From: Pristiophorus japonicus
Lineage: Eukaryota
Length of the DNA: 64,000 bases
Direction: 5' to 3'
NCBI RefSeq assembly: GCF_044704955.1
Contig: NC_091987.1
Span: 188,790,001-188,854,000 of the forward strand
A program made the position numbers and the translations under genes. The notes beneath the pieces were generated by a model that was given only the letters and a program-made list of their open reading frames with translations, was not told where the DNA came from and made no database searches. Shown one piece after another: positions 24,240 through 38,300 of this stretch (the first letter of the stretch is position 1; each line of letters opens with the position of its first letter).

Positions 24240-25420
24240 AGGTGACCATGGCCACATGTTTCCCTATCTCGACGGGTCCGTGGCGGGTGACATCGGTGGT
24301 GGGTCCCAACCCAGCTGCTGTCTCCATCCTGGCCTCTGAAATGAATTTCCCCTGTCTGGGCTTGTTAAGCCCGCCCAGCGCGTTTCCCAGCCAATTACAG
24401 GAAGCGGGTCTGGTGACATCATTTGACGATGCGTCGTCAGCCAGTTTCCTTCAAGGGACCATGGCCAACTTTATTTTGAAATTCGGGCTGTCAGAGTTCT
24501 ACAGCATTGAGGTGCTGCAAACACTGACAAATGCTGCACAGAGGTGCAGGGCTGCTTATGCTTCAGGAGAGAGTCACAACATGCAGAGAGGTCCTCTTCT
24601 CTTCCCATGGGCAGAAGAGACCTCCCCAGGAGAGCAACACAGCCTGGTTGCAGGTTGCAGAGGAGGGCACAAGCAGGAATGTTGTCAGGGGAACCTGGGT
24701 GCAATGGCGCAAACATTTCAATGATCTCAGTAAATCACAAAACTTTAGTAAAAAGCCACACTCAACCTCATCTTGCTGTGCCTCTCATCACATCCCCATC
24801 ATTCTGCCTTCTCTACCCTACTCCTGCACATCCTTACTCACACCAACTTACTTGCACCTCCACTAATCCCTCTCTATCTATCTATTATCACATCCCCATC
24901 TCACTAGCTACGTCTCACACTTGTGCAGTCATACCAACTAACAACAAACAATGGTAGGCATTAGGGTCTTTTAAGCAATGTTAATATAAAGTTTCTGTTA
25001 ACGTAGTATCAAACATTGAAACCTTTATTTTCAACACTGTGCTCTTCGACAGATGTGTGTACACCTTTAGAGGTGACTTAGTGAGTTGCAGTGAATGGTG
25101 AGACATAACAGTACCCCCCACAATTGTGATGAGTGTGAAAGGAATGGCTTGGGCACAATAGGGATGCTTTATGGTGTTGGTGTGGGGTGGTGCCAACCTG
25201 GTGCATCATGTGGCAGCCAGGGTGTACAGTGTCAAGTGAAGTAAATCTGGCCCTGGTGAGGCCAACCCTGGCCTCCCGGGCAGCAATGTGGTCAAGTGTC
25301 AATGCCCGCTGTCCTGTGCAGCATCAGGTGATTGCGGAGAAGATTGGTGGAGCAGTTGTTGGTGCTGCTGGTGTTGGCGATGATGATGGTGGGATTCTGA
25401 GGATCAAGGTGAGAGAGCAC
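24240..25420 (+). mobile_element. Harbinger-like remnant with a frameshifted Myb/SANT-like ORF
   Basis: REVLF..KRPP..AWLQVAEE.TSRNVV..TWVQWRKHFNDL, similar to the domain at 46654-46878. Confidence 0.6.
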
Positions 25421-26003
25421 AGGGTAAAAATGATCAGAGGGTAAATAAAATTGAGAGTTAAACAAGTGGCTCAAAGACAGGTGTGGGAGAAATAGGTTTT
25501 GGTTCATGGGACACTGGCACCAGTACTGAGGTAAGAGGGAGCTGTTCTGATGGGACGGGCTTCACTTGAACCATGTTGGGACTAGTGTCCTGGCAAATCA
25601 CATAACTAGGGCTGTAGAGAGGGCTTTAACCTAATTAGTAGGGGCGAGGGTTCAGATGAGTGGAAATTTAAAAAGTCAAAGAGCAAGGAGAAGGCAATAG
25701 AGCAGAGTAACACTGGGGGAATTGATAACTAGAGCGTAACAGGAAGCGACAGAATGTATAAACATAAGAGTGTATCAGAAAGTGGGGTCAAAGCAGTGAA
25801 AAATGGTAAAAAAACAAAATTAACAGCTCTTTATCTGAATGCACGCAGCATTTGTAACAAAATAGATGAGTTGATGGCACAAATAGATATAAATGGGTAT
25901 GATATGATAGCCATTACAGAGACATGGTTGCAAGGTGACCAAGGCTGGGGACTGAATATTCAGGGGTATTTGACAATGCGGAAGGATAGACAGAAAGGAA
26001 AAG

Positions 26004-29000
26004 TGTTACACTCATAATAAACGGTCAAACTGAGTACTGTGTGTGATGAGCAACTGTGACCTTAGCTCCTTTATTAAGGTTCCAGAGTGCAGGTACCTAG
26101 TGGGTGGCCTGCTTATATACTGTACTCCCAAGGGATGCTGGGATCCCTTGGGACTCCAACAGGTAGGCCCTCTGGTGTCATGTGTGATGCAGGTTACAAG
26201 GGGTTAAATATATAACATCACTCCCCCATAAAGTCAACAGTACATTTATTTACAAGGTGAGGCGATCTGGGGCTTTGCGCTCCCTTGTCGATCGTCTCGG
26301 TACAAATGCTGGTGTGGGTGGGTTGGTCAGTTCTTCACTGGGCTGTTGGGCAGCCGGCCTTGCTGGGCTGCTGGGGATGATGAGTTCAGTTTCGTGGTCA
26401 ACTGTGATGTTGGAAGGTCAAAGTTGGTGGTGTCCTCTTCAGGTTGTTCGTAGCTGTTGGTGAACGGCAATTTGATTTGGTCCAAGTGTTTTCTGTGTGT
26501 TTGTCCATTGGTCAGTTTGACCTGAAACACCCTACTTCCCTCTTTGGTTGTGACCGTGCCAGCGAGCCATTTGGGATCATGTCCATAATTGAGCACAAAC
26601 ACATTGATCTCAAGATCGCGTGACAAATTTGCGCGGTCATGGTATACACTTTGTTGATGCCGCTTGTCCTCCATGTGATCATTAGATCAGGGTGGACAAG
26701 AGAGAGCATTGTTTTAAGCACCCTTTTCATGAGTAGCTCAGCTGGGGGAATCCCAGTGAGTGAGTGGGGTTTGGTGCAGTAGCTGAGCAGTACTCGGGAC
26801 AACTGGGTCTGCGGGGAGCCTTCTGACACGCGTTTCAAGCTTTGCTTGATGGTCTGAACTGCCCGTTCTGCCTGGCCGTTGGATGCGGGCTTGAACGGGG
26901 CAGATGTGACATGTTTTATCCTGTTGTGGGTCATGAATTCCTTGAATTCAGCACTGGTGAAGCACGGCCCATTGTCGCTGACTGGAACATCAGGCAGGCC
27001 ATGCGTTGCAAACATGGCTCGTAAGCTTTCAATGGTGGCCGTGGATGTGCTTACAGACATTATCGCACATTGAATCCATCTTAAGTAAGCATCCGGGACA
27101 ACCAAAAACATTTTGCCTCGGAATGAGCCCGCATAGTCTACATGGATTCTTGACCACGGTTTGGATGGCCATGACCACAAACTTAGCGGTGCCTCTCTGG
27201 GTGCATTGCTCAACTGAGAGCAAGTGTTGCACTGGCGCACACATGACTCTAAACCTGAGTCGATGCCAGGCCACCATACGTGGGATCTGGCTATGGCTTT
27301 CATCATTACGATGCCTGGGTGGGTGTTGTGCAATTCACAAATAAATGTGTCTCTGCCTTTCTTGGGCAAGACTACGCAATTGCCCCACAAAGGACAGTCC
27401 GCCTGCAGGGACAGCTCATCTTTGCGCCTATGGAACGGCTTAATCGCTTCCTACATCTCCACTGGGACACTGAACCAGCTCCCATGGAGGACACAGTTTT
27501 TTTTACCAAGAACAGTAAAGGATGCTGGCTGGTCCAGATACTGATCTGGCGGGCGGTAATGGATTTCTCATTCTCAAATGCCTCCATGACCATGAGCAAG
27601 TCCGCTGGCTGTGCCATTTCCACCCCGGTGGTGGGCAATGGTAGCTGACTGAGAGCATCTGCGCAGTTCTCTGTGCCCGGTATGTGGCGGATTACATAGT
27701 TGTATGCCGACAACGTGAGCCCCCATCTTTGGATGCGGGCAGAGGCATTGGTATTAAACCCTTTGCTCTCCGAGAATAGCGATACGACCGGCTTGTGATC
27801 AGTTTCAAGCTTGAACTTGAGGCCAAATAAGTACTGATGCATTTTTTTTATCCAGTAAACGCGTGCCAGAGCCTCTTTTTCAACCATGCCTTAGGCCCTT
27901 TCGGCCTTGGACAAACTCCTGGATGCATACGCAACTGGTTGCAAAATTCCCGAGTCATTAGCCTGTTGTAACACACACCCAACCCCGTTTGATGATGCAT
28001 TGCAAGCTAACACCAATCATTTACATGGGTTATACAGGACATGCAGTTTGTTAGAACACAATAAGTTTCTGGCTTTCTTAAAGGCAGCCTCTTGTGAATT
28101 CCCCCATACCCAGTTATCTCCCTTGCGCAGTAGCGCATGTGGGGTTCTAGCAGGGTGCTTAACCCAGGTAGGAAATTACCGAAATAGTTAAGGAGCCCCA
28201 GGAATGACCACAGCTCCGTCACGTTCTATGGTCGCGGCGCGTTCTTGATGGCCTTCGTCTTGGTGTCTGTGGGTCTGATACCGTCTGCTGCGATTCTCCT
28301 TCCGAAGAATTTGACGTCTTGTGCCAGGAAAACACATTTCGTGTTTCAACCTGAGCCCCACAAAATCCAACCGACTAAGAACCTCCTCCAGATTCTTCAA
28401 GTGCTCCATGGTGTCCCGACCTGTAACCAATACATCGTCCTGAAAGACCACTGTGCAAGGAACCGACTTTAGAAGGCTCTCCATGTTCCGCTGGAAGATC
28501 GCTGCGGCCGACCGAATCCCGAATGGGCACCGGTTGTAGATAAACAGACCTTTGTGCGTGTTGATGCAGGTGAGGCCTTTCAAAGATTCCTCTAGCTCCT
28601 GCGTCATGTAGGCCGAGGTCAGGTCCAGCTTAGTGAACGTCTTCCCTCCAGCCAGGGTCGCGAATAGGTCGTCTGCCTTGGGTAGTGGGTACTGGTCCTG
28701 CAGCGAAAAACTGTTACTTTATCGTCCCCACAAATTCTAACCGTACCATCCTGCTTGAGTAATGTAACAATCGGACTGGCCCAGTTGTTGAATTCCACCG
28801 GCGCGATGATGCCTTCACGTCCAGCTTGATTTCCACTTTTTCACGCATCATGTACGGTATAGTGGATGGGTCGCGTACCGGGAACCAAATGGATCTGCAC
28901 TTTCGCCACCGAAAAGTTTCCAATGCTGGCTCGAATAACAAAGGGAACTTGCTTAGAACCCAGGTACATGCGGTGTCGTCGACGGACGAAAGTGCTCAGA

Positions 29001-30417
29001 TGTCGTCTCAGTTCCAGCAGATTTTCCCCAGCCAGCTTCTGCCAAACAACATGGGGCCATCCCCTGGCACAATCTATAGCAGGGGTTCGTGTACTGCTCC
29101 ATCATAGGAGACTTTAATTTCAGCACTGCCAATTACAGGGATTAGTTCCTTGGTCTAAGTCCTTAGTTTGCTGTGAATGGGGCTGAGCTTGGGCCTGTGT
29201 GCCTTCTTTCCCCACAGCCTGTCGAAGACCATTTTATTCATTATGGACTGACTTGCCCCCATGTCCAGCTCCATAGACACTGGAATACCGTTAAGTTCAA
29301 CTTTCAACCTAATTGGTGGGCATTTCGTCGTGAACGTGTGTACCCCGTACACCTCTGCCTCCTCAGTACAAGTTTCCAATTCCGTCTGATCCACTGTGGA
29401 TCGATCTTCCTCTGCAACGTGGTGGTTTGCAGGGTTTGCAGCTCGCCTGCACATTTGTTGAGGTGTCCCATTGTTCTGCAGCCATTACATACGTAATGCT
29501 TAAAGCAGCATTGAGGAGGCCGATGATCACCCCCGCAGCGCCAACAGGGTGTTAACTGCCTCGCATTAACAGATGATGGCGAACTCTGGGTCAATTGAGG
29601 CCGGGCCACAGCAGCCAGCGTGTATATTCTGCCCTGTACATTTCTGCTCAAAACTGACGTCACTTTATGCACAGTATGCCTGGGCTATCGTTATGGCTTA
29701 ACTCAGATTCGGAGGTTCTACAGTCAACAGTTTGCGAAGGATTGTCTCATGTCCGATGCCCAGTACAAAAAAGTCTCTGAATTTGTTCTAGGAATCCCTC
29801 AAACTCACAATATCCTGCAAGGTGCCTTATTTTGGCGACGTAGCTCGCTACTTCCTGGCCCTCTGATCGTTGACATGTGTAGAACCGATATCTCGCCATC
29901 AAAACACTTTCCTTAGGATTTAGGTGCTCCCAGACCAGCGTACACAATTCTTCGTATGATTTCTCTGTTGGTTTTGTCGGGGTCAGGAGGTTCTTCATGA
30001 GGCTATAGATTGTTGCCTCACAGACAGTAAGGAGGATCGCCCTTCGTTTGGTAGCGTTCTCGTCCCTTTCCAGCTTGTTGGCCATGAAGTATTGGTCGGA
30101 TTCTCTCCACGAAGGCCTCCCACTCGTCCCTTCTGAGAACTTCTCCAGGATGTCGACTGTTCTTTGTATTTTCGCGTGGTTGTTTGTTACCTTGTCGCCA
30201 ATTGTTACACTCATAATAAATAGTCAGACTGAGTACTGTGTGTGATGAGTAGGTGTGACCTTAGCTCCTTTATTAAGATTCCAGAGTGCAGGTACCTAGT
30301 GGGTGGCCTACTTATATACTGTACTCCCAAGGGATGCTGGGATCCCTTGGGACTCCAACAGGTAGGCCCTCTGGTGGTCAGGTGTGATGCAGGTTACAAG
30401 GGGTTAAAAACATAACA
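26004..30417 (-). mobile_element. Full-length degenerate Gypsy (Mag-like) LTR retrotransposon
   Basis: LTRs at 26004-26217 and 30203-30417, perfect TSD AAAAG, PBS TGGCGACAAG. Gag, protease, RT (VVFQDD), RNase H and integrase (HVDYAG, SDNG, SNGQAER) are present, with frameshifts. Confidence 0.95.
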
Positions 30418-31099
30418 AAAAGGAAGTGGGGTAGCTCTATTAATAAAGGATGTGATCAGTGCACTGGTGAGAAATTATATTGGCTCAGAAGATCAAGATG
30501 TAGAATCAGTTTGGGTGGAGATAAGGAATATTAAAGGGAAGAAGTCACCAGTGGGCATAGTCTATAGGCCCCCTAACAGTAGCTACATTGTTGGACGGAG
30601 TATAAATCAAGAAATAATCGAGGCTTGTAAAAAAGGAACGCAATAATCATGACCGATTTTTCGTATTGATTGGTGAAATCAAATTGGCCAAGGTAGCCTT
30701 GAGGGAGAATTCATAGAGTTTATTCAGGATAGTTTCCTTGAACAATACATTGAGGAACCAACCAGGGAGCAAGTTATCTTAGATTTTGTACTGTGTAATG
30801 AGACAGGATTAATAAATGATCTAGTAAAGGATCCTCTTGGAAAGAGTGATTATAGCATGGTTGAATTTCAAATTCAGTTGGAGGGTGAGAAAGTTGGATC
30901 TCAAACTTTAGCTTCAGCTTAAATAAAGGAGGCAGAGTTGGCTAAAGTGAACTGGGAAAACAGATTAAAGTGTGAGACAGTTGATGAGCTGTGGCGGATA
31001 TTTAAGGAGATATTTCATAACTCTCAACAAAAATATATTCCAATGAGAAGGAAAGATTATAAGAGAAGGGATAACCATCCATGGCTAACTAAACAAATT

Positions 31100-31255
31100 A
31101 AGAACATAAGAACATAAGAAATAGGAACAGGAGTCGGCCATATGGCCCCTGGAGCCTGCTCCGCCATTTAGTATGATCATGGCTGATCCGATCATGGACT
31201 CAGGTCCACTTCCCTGCCCGCTCTCCATAACCCCTTATTCCCTTATCGGTTAAGA
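31100..31255 (-). mobile_element. Short CR1 3' end inserted antisense into the larger CR1
   Basis: (AAGAACAT)n tail and CR1 3' UTR; TTAAGAA on both sides is a likely TSD. Confidence 0.8.
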
Positions 31256-33884
31256 ATGGTATCAAATTGAAAACAATGGCATATAAAGTGGCCAAGATTA
31301 GTGGGAGTCCAGAGGATTGGGAAACTTTTAAAAACCAGCAAAGAACGACTACAAAAATAATGAGAGGGAAGATAGATTATGAAACTAAACTCGCAAGAAA
31401 TATAAAAACAGACAGTAAGAGTTTCTACAGATATATAAAAAGGAAGAGAGTGGCTAAAGTAAATGTTGGTCCTTTGGAGGATGAGACTGGGGAATTAATA
31501 ATGGGGAACAGGGAAATGGCAGAGACTTTGAACAAATATTTTGTATTGGTCTTCACGGTAAAAGACACTAAAACATGACAATAATGGATAACCAAGGGAG
31601 GAACTTAAAATAATCACCGTCACTAAAGAAGAAGTACTCAGTTAAATAATGGGACTAAAGGTGGACAAGTCCCCTGGACCTGATGGCCTGCATCCTAGGG
31701 TCTTAAAAGAAGTGGCTGCAGAGATAATGGATGCATTGGTTGTAATCTACCAAAATTCCCTGGATTCTGGGGAGGTCCCAGCAGATTGGAAAACTGCAAA
31801 TGTAACGCCCCCTATTTAAAAAAGGAGGCAGACAGAAATCAGGAAACTATAGACCAGTTAGTCTAACAGCTGTCATTGGGGAAAATGCTGGAATCCATTA
31901 TTAAGGAAGCAGTAGCAGGACATTTGGAAAAGCTTATTTCAGTCAAGCAGAGTCAGCATGGTTTTATGAAAGGAGAAATTACATTTGGCAAATTTGCTGG
32001 AGTTCTTTGAGGATGTAATAAGCAGGGTGGATAAGGGGGTACCAGTGGATGTGGTGTATTTGGATATCCATTTTATAAGGTGCCACATAAAATGTTAATG
32101 CACGAGATAAAAGTTCATGGGGTTGGTGGTAATATATTAATTAGCATGTATGGAGGATTGGCTAACTAACAAAAAACAGAGAGTTGGGATAAATGGCTCA
32201 TTTTCCAGTTTGCAAACAATAACTAGTGGGGTGCCACAGGGATCAGTGCTGGGACTTCAACTATTTACAATCTAAATTAATGATTTAAATGAAGAGGCAG
32301 AGTGTAATGTAGCCAAGTTTGCTGATGATACAACGATGGGTAGGAAAGCAAGTTGTGAGGAGGACACAAAAAATCTGCAAAGGGATATAGATAGGCTAAG
32401 TGAGTGGGCAAAAAATTGGCAGATGGAGGATAATGTGGGAAAGTGTGAGGTTATCCAGTTTGGCAGAAAAAAACCCCAAATTATTATTTACAAATTAACA
32501 AAATGCTGCAGTACAGAGGGGCCTGGGGATTCTTGTGCATGAAACACAAAAGTTAGTATGCAGGTACAGCAAGTAATCAGGAAGGCAAATAGAATGTTGG
32601 CCTTTATTGCAAAGGGGATGGAGTATAAAATACGAGATGTCCTGCCACAAGGGTATTGATGAGGCCACAGCTATAGTACTGTGTACAGTTTAGTCTCCTT
32701 ATTTAAGGAGGGATATACTTGCATTGGAGGCAGTTCAGAGAAGGTTCATTTGGTTGATTCCTGAGATGAAGGGGTTAACTTATGGAGAAAGGTTGAGCAA
32801 TTTGGACCTGTACTCATTGAGTTCAGAAGAATGAGAGGTGATCTTATTGAGACATATAAGGTAATGAGGAGGTTTGACAAGCTAGGTAAAAAGAGGATGT
32901 TTCCACTCGTGTGGGAATCTACAACTAGGGGGCATAGTTTTTGAATAAGGGGTCTCTGATTTGATGAGGAGGAATTTCTTCTCTCAGAGGGTTGTAAATC
33001 TGTGGAATTCTCTGCCCCAGAGAGCTGTGGAGGCTGAGTCATTGAATATATTTAAAGCAGAGATAGACAGATTTTTGAGTGATAAGGGAGTAAAGGGTTA
33101 TGGGGAGCAGGAAGGGAAGTGGAGTTGGGCCCATGATCAGATCAATCATGATCCTATTGAATGGCGGAGCAGGCTCAAGGGGCCAAATGACCTATTCCTG
33201 CTTCTATTTCTTACGTTATGTTCTTATGAGTATAAAGGGCACCTATGCTGTGAAATAGATGGTAGTTGAACTTTAGATGACAGAAGCGATCTGTCAATGG
33301 TGAGAAAGGTAATGAGGGGGTCACTGGATGGAGACTTGTGTTAAGATTTGCAACAAGGTGAATCTGTTGTGGAAATGCAGTGAGGAAGAGCTTGTGGCTG
33401 AGGGAAGATATCTCTGTAAGGTGGGAGCTTTTACTTGACATTTGTAGCTGTCAACACATCAGCTGATTCAACGGCCACTGACCTTACGCCTTTGATACCT
33501 TTCCAATCTTCTCCAGACTTACATCATAGCCTATGTCCTTTGATCCACCAATCATGACCTCTTGTTCATGCCCCCCCCCCCGCCCCCCCCATTTATATTC
33601 TTATATTCCATTGTTGCAAAGCCTTCATCCACTCTCTGTACTCTATTGATAAATCTCTCCACCCTACTACATCCTAACTTTTTTTTATTACTGCTTGGTG
33701 TACATGCTGTGAAATTCCTTAGGAGTTTTTATTACATTAAAGGCAAATTGTTGTTGGCAGTGATGTCATCATTTTTGCTGTAATGCATTAGGGAGTCAGA
33801 TCGCTAGCGTGTCTCCTGAGTTATATTGGTATTTTGGCATTAAGGCGCACAAAATAAATCTGCTGCCTACTGACTGTTGCCCAT

Positions 33885-34078
33885 CCTCCGGAAGTTTCTA
33901 CCGTGGATGGTGCTTTGGTTACTGGACATCAGTCCACCTGCTCTGCTAAAGGTTTCTACTCTGAGAATATCTCTTTTAAATGGCCAGATCATGGAACAAG
34001 CCTTTCTAACATCACTACACTGACTACAAAAAATGCTGGTGGTGGTACATCTATTGTCACCTAAAGTGGGAGACCACA
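33885..34078 (+). pseudogene. Degenerate duplicate (pseudo-exon) of the C1-like exon
   Basis: PPEVSTVDGALVTGHQS-TCSAKGFYSENISFKWPDHGTSLSNITTLTTKNAGGGTSIVT* aligns with exon 3. It has deletions, a stop and no upstream AG acceptor. Confidence 0.88.
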
Positions 34079-34430
34079 AACAGTCCATAGGGGATCTAGA
34101 GTGACATTAGTGTAATTATCCAACAGATATTTTGTTTCATCTATCTTTTGATCAAGAGGAAAGGGTGATTTAGCTACCGATGTGACTCTATTTTATCAAA
34201 ATAACAGGTGGTGCATGAAAGTAAGGCAAAGTGTATTTTCATTTGGAATTAATGATACATTCAGCAAAAAATTATTTTACATTATAATACACAATACATG
34301 TTCAGAATAGTGGCACTAAGAATCCCTGATAATGTTGCCAATCATATCGATGCACAAGATGTTAATAAATGTTCACAGAGCAGGATAAGGCTTTATGGGT
34401 TCATACATTATGTTTTCTGCTCTGTCTCAG

Positions 34431-34733
34431 GACCTCCTGAAGTTTCTACTGTGGATGGTGCTTTGGTTGCTGGACGTCGTTCCAACCTGACCTGCTCTGC
34501 CAAGGGATGGTACTCTGAGGGTATCTCCTTTACCTGGGCATGCCATGGAACAAACATCTGCACAAACGTCATCACACTGACCTCGAAAAGAACTGGTCAT
34601 GGTACATCTGTTGCCACCAGCCAGCTTGAGATCGTCCCTAAAGTGAGTGACCATGGATCTGTCTGTAGCTGTCAGATCAACCATGTGACTTTCAGACAGC
34701 CAGTAATAAATGAGATCAAATTGCATGTTATGT
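34431..34733 (+). CDS. Ig receptor exon 3: C1-like constant domain
   Basis: Acceptor TCTGTCTCAG|, then LTCSAKGWYSEGISFTW..SQLEI..CQINHVTF, donor T|GTGAGT. 303 nt, phase 1-1. Confidence 0.9.
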
Positions 34734-35392
34734 GTGAGTATTATCCGCAATATTATTGTCATTTTCAGAAATGTTTTAGAGCATAAGGTATAAGAAAAAT
34801 GCTCACTGGCCAATTAGCAATTCCTTTTTCGTCTGTGGTTTTCAACTGTCAGCTTGGTTCTGCTCGAAGCGCTTTCACCTCTTTATGAGAAGTTTGAGGT
34901 TTTGAACTGCACGCCATAATCTAGACCGACCCTCGCATGCAATACTAAGAATGTACCACATTGCTGGTGGTGGTGTTCTTCGGGTATGTTAAACCAAGTT
35001 CCTGGCTATTGGTTCAGGTGGATCTTGAAGACCCCTTGGGCTAGAACCTGCACTTTTGTGGTTATCGTTTCTGGCGTAGGCATTAAAAAAGGGTTTTCAG
35101 ATCGTCGGTGTAAAGTCCTGTCCCCTCAGTACAGAATCACACGAGGCATGTAGTGAAGTCAAGGTCACTCTGGACCTGCACCTTTTATTTCACAGCTCTG
35201 GAATGCTACACTTGCCTGAGACCTGTCCTTATATACCTGTCTCTTGCAAGTGCACCCCCGGTGGTAAGGTATGCTGGTGGTTACAGGTCATATCTTATTA
35301 CAGTCATGTATAGCATGTTGGGATACAGTTATATATAATAATGTAAGATACATGACATCACCCTCCCCCAAGGTCTTATTGTCGTTATAGGT

Positions 35393-38300
35393 TCAGTCTC
35401 TCAGGTGGTCTACACTCTCGCGTGGAGCGTCTGAGTTGTGGTTCAGTTGTTTGCCTTGGTGTCTGTTTTTCTTTGGGTGTGGTTGCTGGTATCTCGCCTG
35501 GGCTGTCTGTTTCGATTGGTGTGATTGTTGTGATTGTTGTGACTCGCCTGGGCTGTCTGTTGGGATTGCCCTTTCCTCAGGTTGTTCCCTCTGTCTGTCC
35601 ACCAGGTATGGTGCGAGTTCCACATTGTAGTCTGCCTCTGGTTCCGCAGTGCTGTTGGTAAATCTGCTTTTGACTTGGTCTACATGCCTCCGGCAGGTTT
35701 TGCCATTGTCCATTTGTACTACCAGTAGCCTGTTTCCTTCCTTGCCCGTTACTGTCCCTGCAAGCCATTTGGGACACCTGCCATAGTGTAATACAAACAC
35801 TTTGTCCCCTATCTCATTCAATCTCCCCCTTGAATTTCTGTCATGGTACTCAGTCAGCTTACGGCGCTTTGCCTCAACGATTTCGTGCATGTCTGGGAGG
35901 ATTAATGAGAGCCTTGTTTTTTAAAATCCTTTTCATCAACAGTTGCGCGGGGGCGATCCCAGTCAGTGAGTGTGGATGAGATCTGTATGCCAACAGCAGT
36001 CGCGACAGGCGACTCTGCAGCGTGGGACCTTGGATTTTAAGCATGCCTTGTTTAATGATTTGCACTGCTCTCTCCGCCTGGCCATTGGAGGCCGGCTTGA
36101 ACGGTGCCGTCTTGACGTGATTTATGCCGTGGTCAATTATAAAGTCTTGGAATTCTGCGCTGGTGAAGCACGGACCATTGTCACTGACCAATATGTCAGG
36201 GATTCCATGCATTGCAAACATGGTTGCGAGGCTCTCCACAGTGGTGGAGGTTGTGCTCGAGTTTAAAATGGTGCATTCGATCCACTTTGAAAATGCATCT
36301 ACAACTACGAGGAACATTTTGCCTATGAATGGGCCTGCATAGTCTACGTGCACCTGCGACCACGGTTTGGTAGGCCATGGCCAGGGGCTCAGTGGAGCCT
36401 CCCTGAGGGCATTGCTGAGTTGGGCACAAATGGTGCATCTTCGGACGCAGAGCTCCAAGTCCGCATCAATACCAGGCCACCAGACGTGGGATCTGGCTAT
36501 GGCCTTCATGAGAACGATCCCCGGGTGCTCGCGGTGGAGCTTCTGGACAAATGCCTCTCTGCCTCACAGAGGCATGACTACTCGGCTGCCCCATATCAGG
36601 CAGTCTGCTTGTAGTGATAGCTCATGCATGCGCCTGTGAAAGGGTTTTAATTCCTCTGGACAGGCATCGCGAGCCTCTGCCCAGTCACCTGTTAGGACAC
36701 ATCTTTTTACTAAGGATAACGTGGGGTCGCTGGCCGTCCAGGCTCTGATTTGGCGAGCCGTCATGGGCGAACCTGTGGACTCAAAAGCATTGATTGCCAT
36801 GACTATCTCACAGTCCTGGTCGTCAGACCCTTCCGTGGTCGCCAGGGGTAGCCTGCTGAGCGCGTCGGCACAGTTGTCTGTGCCTGGTCTGTGCCTTATG
36901 GTATAGTCGTAGGACGCCAGCATGAGTGCCCACCGTTGAATTCGCGCCGAGGCGTTGCCGTTTATTGCCTTGCTCTCGGATAGGAGGGAGGTGAGGGGCT
37001 TGTTGTCGATTTCTAACGTGAACTTGGCCCCGAAAAGGTATTGGTGCATCTTTTTGACACCGTACACGCACGCGAGCACCTCCTTCTCTACCATTCCGTA
37101 CCCGCGCTCCGCCCTTGAAAGTGACCTGGAGGCATAAGCTATGGGTTGTAATTTTCCCGCACTATTGACATGTTGCAAAACGCACCCGACCCCATACGCT
37201 GATGCATCGCATGTGAGAACTAGCTTTTTACCTGGGTCAAAGAAAGTCAAAACACTGTTGGAACACAGAAGGTTGCGTGCCTTATTGAAGGCGCGTTCCT
37301 GGGTGTCCCCCCAAAACCAATCGCATCCCTTCCTGAGTAGCATGTGGAGAGGCTCCAGCAGCGTGCTTAAGTTCTGCATAAAGTTCCCAATGTAATTGAA
37401 TAGCCCGAGAAAGGCGCGCAGTTCTGAGAAATTCCGGGGCCTGGGTGCCAGGCGAATTGCTTCTGTTTTGGACTCTGTTGGGCGGATTCCATCAGCGGCA
37501 ATCCTTCTGCCCAAAAATTCAACCTCGGGTGCAAGAAACAGGCACTTGAATTTCTTGACTCGTAGGCCTACCCGATCCAACCGCTCTAGTACTTCCTCCA
37601 AATTACGGAGATGGGAGTCGGTGTCCCTGCCCGTGATAAGTATGTCGTCTTGAAATACAACTGTCCCCGGATGGACTTGAGCAGACTCTCCATGTTGCGC
37701 TGGAATATGGCAGCTGCCGACCTGATGCAGAATGGGCATCGATTGTACATGAAAAGGCCTCGATGTGTGTTGATGGTGGTGAGTAGCTTGGATTCCTCGG
37801 TCAATTCTTGCATCATATACGCAGATGTGAGGTCTAATTTTGAGAAAAGTTTACCTCCAGCCAATGTGGCAAATAAGTCCTCCGCTCTGGGCAGCGGGTA
37901 CCAGTCGTGTAGGGAGACTCTGTTTATGGTAGATTTGTAGTACACACAGATTCGTACGGATCCATCAGGCTTCATGACTGGGACGATGGGACTTGCCCAG
38001 TCGCTAAACTCCACAGGTGATATAATGCCTTCCCGCAGAAGCCTGTCTAGTTCATGTTCAATCTTTTCCCTCATCACAGAGGGTACAGCTCTGGCCTTGT
38101 GATGGACCCGTCTAGCATCCTGTGTGATGTAGATTTTGACTTTGGCCCCTTTGAAAGTGCCCACACCTGGCTGAAAGAGATGTTCAAATCGCTTTATAAC
38201 TGTTGAGCAGGAGGTCCGTTCCTCTAATGACATGGCATGGACATCATCCCATTTCCAGTTTAGTTTTGCCAGCCAGCTTCTCCCCAGCAGTGCTGGGGGG

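Larger units (their letters stand above)
25440..33230 (+). mobile_element. Near-full-length degenerate CR1 LINE (ORF1 end, EN, RT) split by a Gypsy insertion
   Basis: ORF1 esterase-like end (DGLHLN), EN (LYLNARSI.NK, ITETWL, VYRPP), RT (KSPGPDG, QHGF, GVPQGSVLG, KFADD) and a TTCTTATG tail. Confidence 0.92.
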
